Positions 37,101-52,100 of a stretch of DNA of 64,000 nucleotides are shown piece by piece. Position numbers and translations under genes: made by a program. This stretch comes from Eledone cirrhosa (Eukaryota). Each line of letters opens with the position of its first letter. Position 1 is the stretch's first letter. The DNA is taken from the NCBI GenBank assembly GCA_964016885.1, contig OZ024741.1, forward strand, positions 243,660,001 to 243,724,000, given 5' to 3'. The notes beneath the pieces were generated by a model that had not been told where the DNA came from, ran no database searches, and saw nothing but the letters and a program-made list of their open reading frames with translations.

Positions 37101-40100
37101 TGTGTCTGCACATTTACCAGTAATTACAGATCGATCCGACCACGGGCGGCCGGCCCACGATCGAAAAGGTAACTCCGCCGGCAAATTCGCATTTTTGTGA
37201 TTCGTTTCTTCGAAGCACACCATTCGCCGCCGGACTTCAGCTTCCTCATTTAGCATGGGCAGCTTTTCTTGAAAATCACACCACACACAGCAAATGTGTG
37301 TCTGCACAGGTACCAGTAATTACAGATCGATCCGACCACGAACGGCTGGCCCACGATCGAAAAGGTAACTCCGCCGGCAAATCCTAATTTTTGTGATTCG
37401 TTTCTTCGAAGCACACCATTCGCCGCCGGACTTCAGCTGCCTCATTTAGCATGGGCAGCTTTTCTTGAAAATCACACCACGCACAGCCAATGAGTCTCTG
37501 CACAGGTACCACTAATTACAGATCGATACGACCAGGGGCGGCCTGCCCACGATCGAAAAGGTAACTCCGCCGGCAAATTCGCATTTTTGTGATTCGTTTC
37601 TTCGAAGCACACCATTCGCTGGTGGACTTCAGCTTCCTCATTTAACATGGGCAGCTTTTCTTGAAAATCACACCACACTCAGCAAATGTGTGTCTGCACA
37701 TGTACCAGTAATTACAGATCGATCCGCCCACGGGCGGCCGGCCCACGATCGAAAATGTAACTCCGCCGGCAAATTCGCATTTTTGTGATTCGTTTCTTCG
37801 AAGCACACCATTCGCTGGTGGACTTCAGCTTCCTCATTTAGCATGGGCAGCTTTTCTTGAAAATCACACCACTCACAGACTATGAGTCTCTGCACATGTA
37901 CCACTAATTACAGATCGATAGGACCACGGGCGGCCTGCCCACGATCGAAAAGGTAACTCCGCCGGCAAATCCGCATTTTTGTGATTCGTTTCTTCGAAGC
38001 ACACCATTCGCCGCCGGACTTCAGCTTCCTCATTTAGCATGGGCAGCTTTTCTTAAAAATCACACCACACTCAGCAAATGTGTGTCTGCACATGTACCAG
38101 TAATTACAGATCGATCCGACCACGGGCGGCCTGCCCACGATCGAAAAGGTAACTCCGCCGGCAAATTCGCATTTTTGCGATTCGTTTCTTCGAAGCACAC
38201 CATTCGCTGGTGGACTTCAGCTTCCTCATTTAACATGGGCAGCTTTTCTTGAAAATCACACCACACTCAGCAAATGTGTGTCTGCACATGTACCAGTAAT
38301 TACAGATCGATCCGCCCACGGGCGGCCGGCCCACGATCGAAAATGTAACTCCGCCGGCAAATTCGCATTTTTGTGATTCATTTCTTCGAAGCACACCATT
38401 CGCTGGTGGACTTCAGCTTCCTCATTTAGCATGGGCAGCTTTTCTTGAAAATCACACCACACACAGCAAATGTGTGTCTACACAGGTACCAGTAATTACA
38501 GATCGATCCGACCACGGACGGCTGGCCCAGGATCGAAAAGGTAACTCCGCCGGCAAATTCGCATTTTTGTGATTCGTTTCTTCGAAGCACACCATTCGCC
38601 GCCGGACTTCAGCTTCCTCATTTAGCATGGGCAGCTTTTCTTGATAATCACACCACTCACAGCAAATGTGTGTCTGCACATGTACCAGTAATTACAGATC
38701 GATCCGACAACGGGCGGCCGGCCCACGATCGAAAAGGTAACTCCGCCGCCAAAGTCGCATTTTTGTGATTCGTTTCTTCGAAGCACACCATTCGCCGCCG
38801 GACTTCAGCTTCCTCATTTAGCATGGGCAGCTTTTCTTGAAAATCACACCACACACAGCAAATGTGTGTCTGCACATTTACCAGTAAATACAGATCGATC
38901 CGACCACGGGCGGCCGGCCCACGATCGAAAAGGTAACTCCGCCGGCAAATTCGCATTTTTGTGATTCGTTTCTTCGAAGCACACCATTCGCCGCCGGACT
39001 TCAGCTTCCTCATTTAGCATGGGCAGCTTTTCTTGAAAATCACACCACACACAGCAAATGTGTGTCTGCACAGGTACCAGTAATTACAGATCGATCCGAC
39101 CACGAACGGCTGGCCCACGATCGAAAAGGTAACTCCGCCGGCAAATCCTAATTTTTGTGATTCGTTTCTTCGAAGCACACCATTCGCCGCCGGACTTCAG
39201 CTGCCTCATTTAGCATGGGCAGCTTTTCTTGAAAATCTCACCACTCACAGCCAATGAGTCTCTGCACAGGTACCACTAATTACAGATCGATACGACCAGG
39301 GGCGGCCTGCCCACGATCGAAAAGGTAACTCCGCCGGCAAATCCGCATTTTTGTGATTCGTTTCTTCGAAGCACACCATTCGCCGCCGGACTTCAGCTTC
39401 CCCATTTAGCAGGGGCAGCTTTTCTTAAAAATCACACCACACTCAGCAAATGTGTGTCTGCACATGTACCAGTAATTACAGATCGATCCGACCACGGGCG
39501 GCCTGCCCACGATCGAAAAGGTAACTCCGCCGGCAAATTCGCATTTTTGTGATTCGTTTCTTCGAAGCACACCATTCGCTGGTGGACTTCAGCTTCCTCA
39601 TTTAACATGGGCAGCTTTTCTTGAAAATCACACCACACTCAGCAAATGTGTGTCTGCACATGTAGCAGTAATTACAGATCGATCCGCCCCCGGGCGGCCG
39701 GCCCACGATCGAAAATATAACTCCGCCGGCAAATTCGCATTTTTGTGATTCGTTTCTTCGAAGCACACCATTCGCTGGTGGACTTCAGCTTCCTCATTTA
39801 GCATGGGCAGCTTTTCTTGAAAATCACACCACTCACAGACTATGAGTCTCTGCACATGTACCACTAATTACAGATCGATACGACCTCGGGCGGCCTGCCC
39901 ACGATCGAAAAGGTAACTCCGCCGGCAAATCCGCATTTTTGTGATTCGTTTCTTCGAAGCACACCATTGGCCGCCGGACTTCAGCTTCCTCATTTAGCAT
40001 GGGCAGCTTTTCTTAAAAATCACACCACACTCAGCAAATTTGTGTCTGCACATGTACCAGTAATTACAGATCGATCCGACCACGGGCGGCCTGCCCACGA

Positions 40101-43100
40101 TCGAAAAGGTAACTCCGCCGGCAAATTCGCATTTTTGCGATTCGTTTCTTCGAAGCACACCATTCGCTGGTGGACTTCAGCTTCCTCATTTAACATGGGC
40201 AGCTTTTCTTGAAAATCACACCACACTCAGCAAATGTGTGTCTGCACATGTACCAGTAATTACAGATCGATCCGCCCACGGGCGGCCGGCCCACGATCGA
40301 AAATGTAACTCCGCCGGCAAATTCGCATTTTTGTGATTCATTTCTTCGAAGCACACCATTCGCTGGTGGACTTCAGCTTCCTCATTTAGCATGGGCAGCT
40401 TTTCTTGAAAATCACACCACACACAGCAAATGTGTGTCTACACAGGTACCAGTAATTACAGATCGATCCGACCACGGACGGCTGGCCCAGGATCGAAAAG
40501 GTAACTCCGCCGGCAAATTCGCATTTTTGTGATTCGTTTCTTCGAAGCACACCATTCGCCGCCGGACTTCAGCTTCCTCATTTAGCATGGGCAGCTTTTC
40601 TTGAAAATCACACCACTCACAGCAAATGTGTGTCTGCACATGTACCAGTAATTACAGATCGATCCGACAACGGGCGGCCGGCCCACGATCGAAAAGGTAA
40701 CTCCGCCGCCAAAGTCGCATTTTTGTGATTCGTTTCTTCGAAGCACACCATTCGCTGGTGGACTTCAGCTTCCTCATTTAGCATGGGCAGCTTTTCTTGA
40801 AAATCACACCACACATAGCAAATGTGTGTCTGCACAGGTACCAGTAATTACAGATCGATCCGACCACGAACGGCTGGCCCACGATCGAAAAGGTAACTCC
40901 GCCGGCAAATCCTAATTTTTGTGATTCGTTTCTTCGAAGCACACCATTCGCCGCCGGACTTCAGCTGCCTCATTTAGCATGGGCAGCTTTTCTTGAAAAT
41001 CACACCACGCACAGCCAATGAGTCTCTGCACAGGTACCACTAATTACAGATCGATACGACCAGGGGCGGCCTGCCCACGATCGAAAAGGTAACTCCGCCG
41101 GCAAATTCGCATTTTTGTGATTCGTTTCTTCGAAGCACACCATTCGCTGGTGGACTTCAGCTTCCTCATTTAACATGGGCAGCTTTTCTTGAAAATCACA
41201 CCACACTCAGCAAATGTGTGTCTGCACATGTACCAGTAATTACAGATCGATCCGCCCACGGGCGGCCGGCCCACGATCGAAAATGTAACTCCGCCGGCAA
41301 ATTCGCATTTTTGTGATTCGTTTCTTCGAAGCACACCATTCGCTGGTGGACTTCAGCTACCTCATTTAGCATGGGCAGCCTTTCTTGAAAATCACACCAC
41401 TCACAGACTATGAGTCTCTGCACATGTACCACTAATTACAGATCGATACGACCACGGGCGGCCTGCCCACGATCGAAAAGGTAACTCCGCCGGCAAATCC
41501 GCATTTTTGTGATTCGTTTCTTCGAAGCACACCATTCGCCGCCGGACTTCAGCTTCCTCATTTAGCATGGGCAGCTTTTCTTAAAAATCACACCACACTC
41601 AGCAAATGTGTGTCTGCACATGTACCAGTAATTACAGATCGATCCGACCACGGGCGGCCTGCCCACGATCGAAAAGGTAACTCCGCCGGCAAATTCGCAT
41701 TTTTGCGATTCGTTTCTTCGAAGCACACCATTCGCTGGTGGACTTCAGCTTCCTCATTTAACATGGGCAGCTTTTCTTGAAAATCACACCACACTCAGCA
41801 AATGTGTGTCTGCACATGTACCAGTAATTACAGATCGATCCGCCCACGGGCGGCCGGCCCACGATCGAAAATGTAACTCCGCCGGCAAATTCGCATTTTT
41901 GTGATTCATTTCTTCGAAGCACACCATTCGCTGGTGGACTTCAGCTTCCTCATTTAGCATGGGCAGCTTTTCTTGAAAATCACACCACACACAGCAAATG
42001 TGTGTCTACACAGGTACCAGTAATTACAGATCGATCCGACCACGGACGGCTGGCCCAGGATCGAAAAGGTAACTCCGCCGGCAAATTCGCATTTTTGTGA
42101 TTCGTTTCTTCGAAGCACACCATTCGCCGCCGGACTTCAGCTTCCTCATTTAGCATGGGCAGCTTTTCTTGAAAATCACACCACTCACAGCAAATGTGTG
42201 TCTGCACATGTACCAGTAATTACAGATCGATCCGACAACGGGCGGCCGGCCCACGATCGAAAAGGTAACTCCGCCGCCAAAGTCGCATTTTTGTGATTCG
42301 TTTCTTCGAAGCACACTATTCGCTGGTGGACTTCAGCTTCCTCATTTAGCATGGGCAGCTTTTCTTGAAAATCACACCACACACAGCAAATGTGTGTCTG
42401 CACATTTACCAGTAATTACAGATCGATCCGACCACGGGCGGCCGGCCCACGATCGAAAAGGTAACTCCGCCGGCAAATTCGCATTTTTGTGATTCGTTTC
42501 TTCGAAGCACACCATTCGCCGCCGGACTTCAGCTTCCTCATTTAGCATGGGCAGCTTTTCTTGAAAATCACACCACACACAGCAAATGTGTGTCTGCACA
42601 GGTACCAGTAATTACAGATCGATCCGACCACGAACGGCTGGCCCACGATCGAAAAGGTAACTCCGCCGGCAAATCCTAATTTTTGTGATTCGTTTCTTCG
42701 AAGCACACCATTCGCCGCCGGACTTCAGCTGCCTCATTTAGCATGGGCAGCTTTTCTTGAAAATCACACCACTCACAGCCAATGAGTCTCTGCACAAGTA
42801 CCACTAATTACAGATCGATACGACCAGGGGCGGCCTGCCCACGATCGAAAAGGTAACTCCGCCGGCAAATCCGCATTTTTGTGATTCGTTTCTTCGAAGC
42901 ACACCATTCGCCGCCGGACTTCAGCTTCCTCATTTAGCAGGGGCAGCTTTTCTTAAAAATCACACCACACTCAGCAAATGTGTGTCTACACAGGTACCAG
43001 TAATTACAGATCGATCCGACCACGGACGGCTGGCCCAGGATCGAAAAGGTAACTCCGGCGGCAAATTCGCATTTTTGTGATTCGTTTCTTCGAAGCACAC

Positions 43101-46100
43101 CATTCGCCGCCGGACTTCAGCTTCCTCATTTAGCATGGGCAGCTTTTCTTGAAAATCACACCACTCACAGACTATGAGTCTCTGCACATGTACCACTAAT
43201 TACAGATCGATACGACCACGGGCGGCCTGCCCACGATCGAAAAGGTAACTCCGCCGGCAAATCCGCATTTTTGTGATTCGTTTCTTCGAAGCACACCATT
43301 CGCCGCCGGACTTCAGCTTCCTCATTTAGCATGGGCAGCTTTTCTTAAAAATCACACCACACTCAGCAAATGTGTGTCTGCACATGTACCAGTAATTACA
43401 GATCGATCCGACCACGGGCGGCCTGCCCACGATCGAAAAGGTAACTCCGCCGGCAAATTCGCATTTTTGCGATTCGTTTCTTCGAAGCACACCATTCGCT
43501 GGTGGACTTCAGCTTCCTCATTTAACATGGGCAGCTTTTCTTGAAAATCACACCACACTCAGCAAATGTGTGTCTGCACATGTACCAGTAATTACAGATC
43601 GATCCGCCCACGGGCGGCCGGCCCACGATCGAAAATGTAACTCCGCCGGCAAATTCGCATTTTTGTGATTCATTTCTTCGAAGCACACCATTCGCTGGTG
43701 GACTTCAGCCTCCTCATTTAGCATGGGCAGCGTTTCTTGAAAATCACACCACACACAGCAAATGTGTGTCCACACAGGTACCAGTAATTACAGATCGATC
43801 CGACCACGGACGGCTGGCCCAGGATCGAAAAGGTAACTCCGCCGGCAAATTCGCATTTTTGTGATTCGTTTCTTCGAAGCACACCATTCGCCGCCGGACT
43901 TCAGCTTCCTCATTTAGCATGGGCAGCTTTTCTTGAAAATCACACCACTCACAGCAAATGTGTGTCTGCACATGTACCAGTAATTACAGATCGATCCGAC
44001 AACGGGCGGCCGGCCCACGATCGAAAAGGTAACTCCGCCGCCAAAGTCGCATTTTTGTGATTCGTTTCTTCGAAGCACACTATTCGCTGGTGGACTTCAG
44101 CTTCCTCATTTAGCATGGGCAGCTTTTCTTGAAAATCACACCACACACAGCAAATGTGTGTCTGCACATTTACCAGTAATTACAGATCGATCCGACCACG
44201 GGCGGCCGGCCCACGATCGAAAAGGTAACTCCGCCGGCAAATTCGCATTTTTGTGATTCGTTTCTTCGAAGCACACCATTCGCCGCCGGACTTCAGCTTC
44301 CTCATTTAGCATGGGCAGCTTTTCTTGAAAATCACACCACACACAGCAAATGTGTGTCTGCACAGGTACCAGTAATTACAGATCGATCCGACCACGAACG
44401 GCTGGCCCACGATCGAAAAGGTAACTCCGCCGGCAAATCCTAATTTTTGTGATTCGTTTCTTCGAAGCACACCATTCGCCGCCGGACTTCAGCTGCCTCA
44501 TTTAGCATGGGCAGCTTTTCTTGAAAATCACACCACTCACAGCCAATGAGTCTCTGCACAAGTACCACTAATTACAGATCGATACGACCAGGGGCGGTCT
44601 GCCCACGATCGAAAAGGTAACTCCGCCGGCAAATCCGCATTTTTGTGATTCGTTTCTTCGAAGCACACCATTCGCCGCCGGACTTCAGCTTCCTCATTTA
44701 GCAGGGGCAGCTTTTCTTAAAAATCACACCACACTCAGCAAATGTGTGTCTGCACATGTAGCAGTAATTACAGATCGATCCGCCCACGGGCGGCCGGCCC
44801 ACGATCGAAAATATAACTCCGCCGGCAAATTCGCATTTTTGTGATTCGTTTCTTCGAAGCACACCATTCGCTGGTGGACTTCAGCTTCCTCATTTAGCAT
44901 GGGCAGCTTTTCTTGAAAATCACACCACTCACAGACTATGAGTCTCTGCACATGTACCACTAATTACAGATCGATACGACCACGGGCGGCCTGCCCACGA
45001 TCGAAAAGGTAACTCCGCCGGCAAATCCGCATTTTTGTGATTCGTTTCTTCGAAGCACACCATTCGCCGCCGGACTTCAGCTTCCTCATTTAGCATGGGC
45101 AGCTTTTCTTAAAAATCACACCACACTCAGCAAATTTGTGTCTGCACATGTACCAGTAATTACAGATCGATCCGACCACGGGCGGCCTGCCCACGATCGA
45201 AAAGGTAACTCCGCCGGCAAATTCGCATTTTTGCGATTCGTTTCTTCGAAGCACACCATTCGCTGGTGGACTTCAGCTTCCTCATTTAACATGGGCAGCT
45301 TTTCTTGAAAATCACACCACACTCAGCAAATGTGTGTCTGCACATGTACCAGTAATTACAGATCGATCCGCCCACGGGCGGCCGGCCCACGATCGAAAAT
45401 GTAACTCCGCCGGCAAATTCGCATTTTTGTGATTCATTTCTTCGAAGCACACCATTCGCTGGTGGACTTCAGCTTCCTCATTTAGCATGGGCAGCTTTTC
45501 TTGAAAATCACACCACACACAGCAAATGTGTGTCTACACAGGTACCAGTAATTACAGATCGATCCGACCACGGACGGCTGGCCCAGGATCGAAAAGGTAA
45601 CTCCGCCGGCAAATTCGCATTTTTGTGATTCGTTTCTTCGAAGCACACCATTCGCCGCCGGACTTCAGCTTCCTCATTTAGCATGGGCAGCTTTTCTTGA
45701 AAATCACACCACTCACAGCAAATGTGTGTCTGCACATGTACCAGTAATTACAGATCGATCCGACCACGGGCGGCCGGCCCACGATCGAAAAGGTAACTCC
45801 GCCGGCAAATTCGCATTTTTGTGATTCGTTTCTTCGAAGCACACCATTCGCCGCCGGACTTCAGCTTCCTCATTTAGCATGGGCAGCTTTTCTTGAAAAT
45901 CACACCACACACACCAAATGTGTGTCTGCACAGGTACCAGTAATTACAGATCGATCCGACCACGAACGGCTGGCCCACGATCGAAAAGGTAACTCCGCCG
46001 GCAAATCCTAATTTTTGTGATTCGTTTCTTCGAAGCACACCATTCGCCGCCGGACTTCAGCTGCCTCATTTAGCATGGGCATCTTTTCTTGAAAATCACA

Positions 46101-49100
46101 CCACGCACAGCCAATGAGTCTCTGCACAGGTACCACTAATTACAGATCGATACGACCAGGGGCGGCCTGCCCACGATCGAAAAGGTAACTCCGCCGGCAA
46201 ATTCGCATTTTTGTGATTCGTTTCTTCGAAGCACACCATTCGCTGGTGGACTTCAGCTTCCTCATTTAACATGGGCAGCTTTTCTTGAAAATCACACCAC
46301 ACTCAGCAAATGTGTGTCTGCACATGTACCAGTAATTACAGATCGATCCGCCCACGGGCGGCCGGCCCACGATCGAAAATGTAACTCCGCCGGCAAATTC
46401 GCATTTTTGTGATTCGTTTCTTCGAAGCACACCATTCGCTGGTGGACTTCAGCTTCCTCATTTAGCATGGGCAGCTTTTCTTGAAAATCACACCACTCAC
46501 AGACTATGAGTCTCTGCACATGTACCACTAATTACAGATCGATACGACCACGGGCGGCCTGCCCACGATCGAAAAGGTAACTCCGCCGGCAAATCCGCAT
46601 TTTTGTGATTCGTTTCTTCGAAGCACACCATTCGCCGCCGGACTTCAGCTTCCTCATTTAGCATGGGCAGCTTTTCTTAAAAATCACACCACACTCAGCA
46701 AATTTGTGTCTGCACATGTACCAGTAATTACAGATCGATCCGACCACGGGCGGCCTGCCCACGATCGAAAAGGTAACTCCGCCGGCAAATTCGCATTTTT
46801 GCGATTCGTTTCTTCGAAGCACACCATTCGCTGGTGGACTTCAGCTTCCTCATTTAACATGGGCAGCTTTTCTTGAAAATCACACCACACACAGCAAATG
46901 TGTGTCTACACAGGTACCAGTAATTACAGATCGATCCGACCACGGACGGCTGGCCCAGGATCGAAAAGGTAACTCCGCCGGCAAATTCGCATTTTTGTGA
47001 TTCGTTTCTTCGAAGCACACCATTCGCCGCCGGACTTCAGCTTCCTCATTTAGCATGGGCAGCTTTTCTTGAAAATCACACCACTCACAGCAAATGTGTG
47101 TCTGCACATGTACCAGTAATTACAGATCGATCCGACAACGGGCGGCCGGCCCACGATCGAAAAGGTAACTCCGCCGCCAAAGTCGCATTTTTGTGATTCG
47201 TTTCTTCGAAGCACACCATTCGCTGGTGGACTTCAGCTTCCTCATTTAGCATGGGCAGCTTTTCTTGAAAATCACACCACACACAGCAAATGTGTGTCTG
47301 CACATTTACCAGTAATTACAGATCGATCCGACCACGGGCGGCCGGCCCACGATCGAAAAGGTAACTCCGCCGGCAAATTCGCATTTTTGTGATTCGTTTC
47401 TTCGAAGCACACCATTCGCCGCCGGACTTCAGCTTCCTCATTTAGCATGGGCAGCTTTTCTTGAAAATCACACCACACACAGCAAATGTGTGTCTGCACA
47501 GGTACCAGTAATTACAGATCGATCCGACCACGAACGGCTGGCCCACGATCGAAAAGGTAACTCCGCCGGCAAATCCTAATTTTTGTGATTCGTTTCTTCG
47601 AAGCACACCATTCGCCGCCGGACTTCAGCTGCCTCATTTAGCATGGGCAGCTTTTCTTGAAAATCACACCACGCACAGCCAATGAGTCTCTGCACAGGTA
47701 CCACTAATTACAGATCGATACGACCAGGGGCGGCCTGCCCACGATCGAAAAGGTAACTCCGCCGGCAAATTCGCATTTTTGTGATTCGTTTCTTCGAAGC
47801 ACACCATTCGCTGGTGGACTTCAGCTTCCTCATTTAACATGGGCAGCTTTTCTTGAAAATCACACCACACTCAGCAAATGTGTGTCTGCACATGTACCAG
47901 TAATTACAGATCGATCCGCCCACGGGCGGCCGGCCCACGATCGAAAATGTAACTCCGCCGGCAAATTCGCATTTTTGTGATTCGTTTCTTCGAAGCACAC
48001 CATTCGCTGGTGGACTTCAGCTTCCTCATTTAGCATGGGCAGCTTTTCTTGAAAATCACACCACTCACAGACTATGAGTCTCTGCACATGTACCACTAAT
48101 TACAGATCGATACGACCACGGGCGGCCTGCCCACGATCGAAAAGGTAACTCCGCCGGCAAATCCGCATTTTTGTGATTCGTTTCTTCGAAGCACACCATT
48201 CGCCGCCGGACTTCAGCTTCCTCATTTAGCATGGGCAGCTTTTCTTAAAAATCACACCACACTCAGCAAATGTGTGTCTGCACATGTACCAGTAATTACA
48301 GATCGATCCGACCACGGGCGGCCTGCCCACGATCGAAAAGGTAACTCCGCCGGCAAATTCGCATTTTTGCGATTCGTTTCTTCGAAGCACACCATTCGCT
48401 GGTGGACTTCAGCTTCCTCATTTAACATGGGCAGCTTTTCTTGAAAATCACACCACACTCAGCAAATGTGTGTCTGCACATGTACCAGTAATTACAGATC
48501 GATCCGACCACGGGCGGCCGGCCCACGATCGAAAAGGTAACTCCGCCGGCAAATTCGCATTTTTGTGATTCGTTTCTTCGAAGCACACCATTCGCCGCCG
48601 GACTTCAGCTTCCTCATTTAGCATGGGCAGCTTTTCTTGAAAATCACACCACACACAGCAAATGTGTGTCTGCACAGGTACCAGTAATTACAGATCGATC
48701 CGACCACGAACGGCTGGCCCACGATCGAAAAGGTAACTCCGCCGGCAAATCCTAATTTTTGTGATTCGTTTCTTCGAAGCACACCATTCGCCGCCGGACT
48801 TCAGCTGCCTCATTTAGCATGGGCAGCTTTTCTTGAAAATCACACCACTCACAGCCAATGAGTCTCTGCACAGGTACCACTAATTACAGATCGATACGAC
48901 CAGGGGCGGCCTGCCCACGATCGAAAAGGTAACTCCGCCGGCAAATCCGCATTTTTGTGATTCGTTTCTTCGAAGCACACCATTCGCCGCCGGACTTCAG
49001 CTTCCTCATTTAGCAGGGGCAGCTTTTCTTAAAAATCACACCACACTCAGCAAATGTGTGTCTGCACATGTACCAGTAATTACAGATCGATCCGACCACG

Positions 49101-52100
49101 GGCGGCCTGCCCACGATCGAAAAGGTAACTCCGCCGGCAAATTCGCATTTTTGTGATTCGTTTCTTCGAAGCACACCATTCGCTGGTGGACTTCAGCTTC
49201 CTCATTTAACATGGGCAGCTTTTCTTGAAAATCACACCACACTCAGCAAATCTGTGTCTGCACATGTAGCAGTAATTACAGATCGATCCGCCCACGGGCG
49301 GCCGGCCCACGATCGAAAATATAACTCCGCCGGCAAATTCGCATTTTTGTGATTCGTTTCTTCGAAGCACACCATTCGCTGGTGGACTTCAGCTTCCTCA
49401 TTTAGCATGGGCAGCTTTTCTTGAAAATCACACCACTCACAGACTATGAGTCTCTGCACATGTACCACTAATTACAGATCGATACGACCACGGGCGGCCT
49501 GCCCACGATCGAAAAGGTAACTCCGCCGGCAAATCCGCATTTTTGTGATTCGTTTCTTCGAAGCACACCATTCGCCGCCGGACTTCAGCTTCCTCATTTA
49601 GCATGGGCAGCTTTTCTTAAAAATCACACCACACTCAGCAAATTTGTGTCTGCACATGTACCAGTAATTACAGATCGATCCGACCACGGGCGGCCGGCCC
49701 ACGATCGAAAAGGTAACTCCGCCGGCAAATTCGCATTTTTGCGATTCGTTTCTTCGAAGCACACCATTCGCTGGTGGACTTCAGCTTCCTCATTTAACAT
49801 GGGCAGCTTTTCTTGAAAATCACACCACACTCAGCAAATGTGTGTCTGCACATGTACCAGTAATTACAGATCGATCCGCCCACGGGCGGCCGGCCCACGA
49901 TCGAAAATGTAACTCCGCCGGCAAATTCGCATTTTTGTGATTCATTTCTTCGAAGCACACCATTCGCTGGTGGACTTCAGCTTCCTCATTTAGCATGGGC
50001 AGCTTTTCTTGAAAATCACACCACACACAGCAAATGTGTGTCTACACAGATACCAGTAATTACAGATCGATCCGACCACGGACGGCTGGCCCAGGATCGA
50101 AAAGGTAACTCCGCCGGCAAATTCGCATTTTTGTGATTCGTTTCTTCGAAGCACACCATTCGCCGCCGGACTTCAGCTTCCTCATTTAGCATGGGCAGCT
50201 TTTCTTGAAAATCACACCACTCACAGCAAATGTGTGTCTGCACATGTACCAGTAATTACAGATCGATCCGACAACGGGCGGCCGGCCCACGATCGAAAAG
50301 GTAACTCCGCCGCCAAAGTCGCATTTTTGTGATTCGTTTCTTCGAAGCACACCATTCGCTGGTGGACTTCAGCTTCCTCATTTAGCATGGGCAGCTTTTC
50401 TTGAAAATCACACCACACACAGCAAATGTGTGTCTGCACATTTACCAGTAATTACAGATCGATCCGACCACGGGCGGCCGGCCCACGATCGAAAAGGTAA
50501 CTCCGCCGGCAAATTCGCATTTTTGTGATTCGTTTCTTCGAAGCACACCATTCGCCGCCGGACTTCAGCTTCCTCATTTAGCATGGGCAGCTTTTCTTGA
50601 AAATCACACCACACACAGCAAATGTGTGTCTGCACAGGTACCAGTAATTACAGATCGATCCGACCACGAACGGCTGGCCCACGATCGAAAAGGTAACTCC
50701 GCCGGCAAATCCTAATTTTTGTGATTCGTTTCTTCGAAGCACACCATTCGCCGCCGGACTTCAGCTTCCTCATTTAGCATGGGCAGCTTTTCTTGAAAAT
50801 CACACCACTCACAGCAAATGTGTGTCTGCACATGTACCAGTAATTACAGATCGATCCGACAACGGGCGGCCGGCCCACGATCGAAAAGGTAACTCCGCCG
50901 CCAAAGTCGCATTTTTGTGATTCGTTTCTTCGAAGCACACCATTCGCCGCCGGACTTCAGCTTCCTCATTTAGCAGGGGCAGCTTTTCTTAAAAATCACA
51001 CCACACTCAGCAAATGTGTGTCTGCACATGTACCAGTAATTACAGATCGATCCGACCACGGGCGGCCTGCCCACGATCGAAAAGGTAACTCCGCCGGCAA
51101 ATTCGCATTTTTGTGATTCGTTTCTTCGAAGCACACCATTCGCTGGTGGACTTCAGCTTCCTCATTTAACATGGGCAGCTTTTCTTGAAAATCACACCAC
51201 ACTCAGCAAATCTGTGTCTGCACATGTAGCAGTAATTACAGATCGATCCGCCCACGGGCGGCCGGCCCACGATCGAAAATATAACTCCGCCGGCAAATTC
51301 GCATTTTTGTGATTCGTTTCTTCGAAGCACACCATTCGCTGGTGGACTTCAGCTTCCTCATTTAGCATGGGCAGCTTTTCTTGAAAATCACACCACTCAC
51401 AGACTATGAGTCTCTGCACATGTACCACTAATTACAGATCGATACGACCACGGGCGGCCTGCCCACGATCGAAAAGGTAACTCCGCCGGCAAATCCGCAT
51501 TTTTGTGATTCGTTTCTTCGAAGCACACCATTCGCCGCCGGACTTCAGCTTCCTCATTTAGCATGGGCAGCTTTTCTTAAAAATCACACCACACTCAGCA
51601 AATTTGTGTCTGCACATGTACCAGTAATTACAGATCGATCCGACCACGGGCGGCCGGCCCACGATCGAAAAGGTAACTCCGCCGGCAAATTCGCATTTTT
51701 GCGATTCGTTTCTTCGAAGCACACCATTCGCTGGTGGACTTCAGCTTCCTCATTTAACATGGGCAGCTTTTCTTGAAAATCACACCACACTCAGCAAATG
51801 TGTGTCTGCACATGTACCAGTAATTACAGATCGATCCGCCCACGGGCGGCCGGCCCACGATCGAAAATGTAACTCCGCCGGCAAATTCGCATTTTTGTGA
51901 TTCATTTCTTCGAAGCACACCATTCGCTGGTGGACTTCAGCTTCCTCATTTAGCATGGGCAGCTTTTCTTGAAAATCACACCACACACAGCAAATGTGTG
52001 TCTACACAGATACCAGTAATTACAGATCGATCCGACCACGGACGGCTGGCCCAGGATCGAAAAGGTAACTCCGCCGGCAAATTCGCATTTTTGTGATTCG

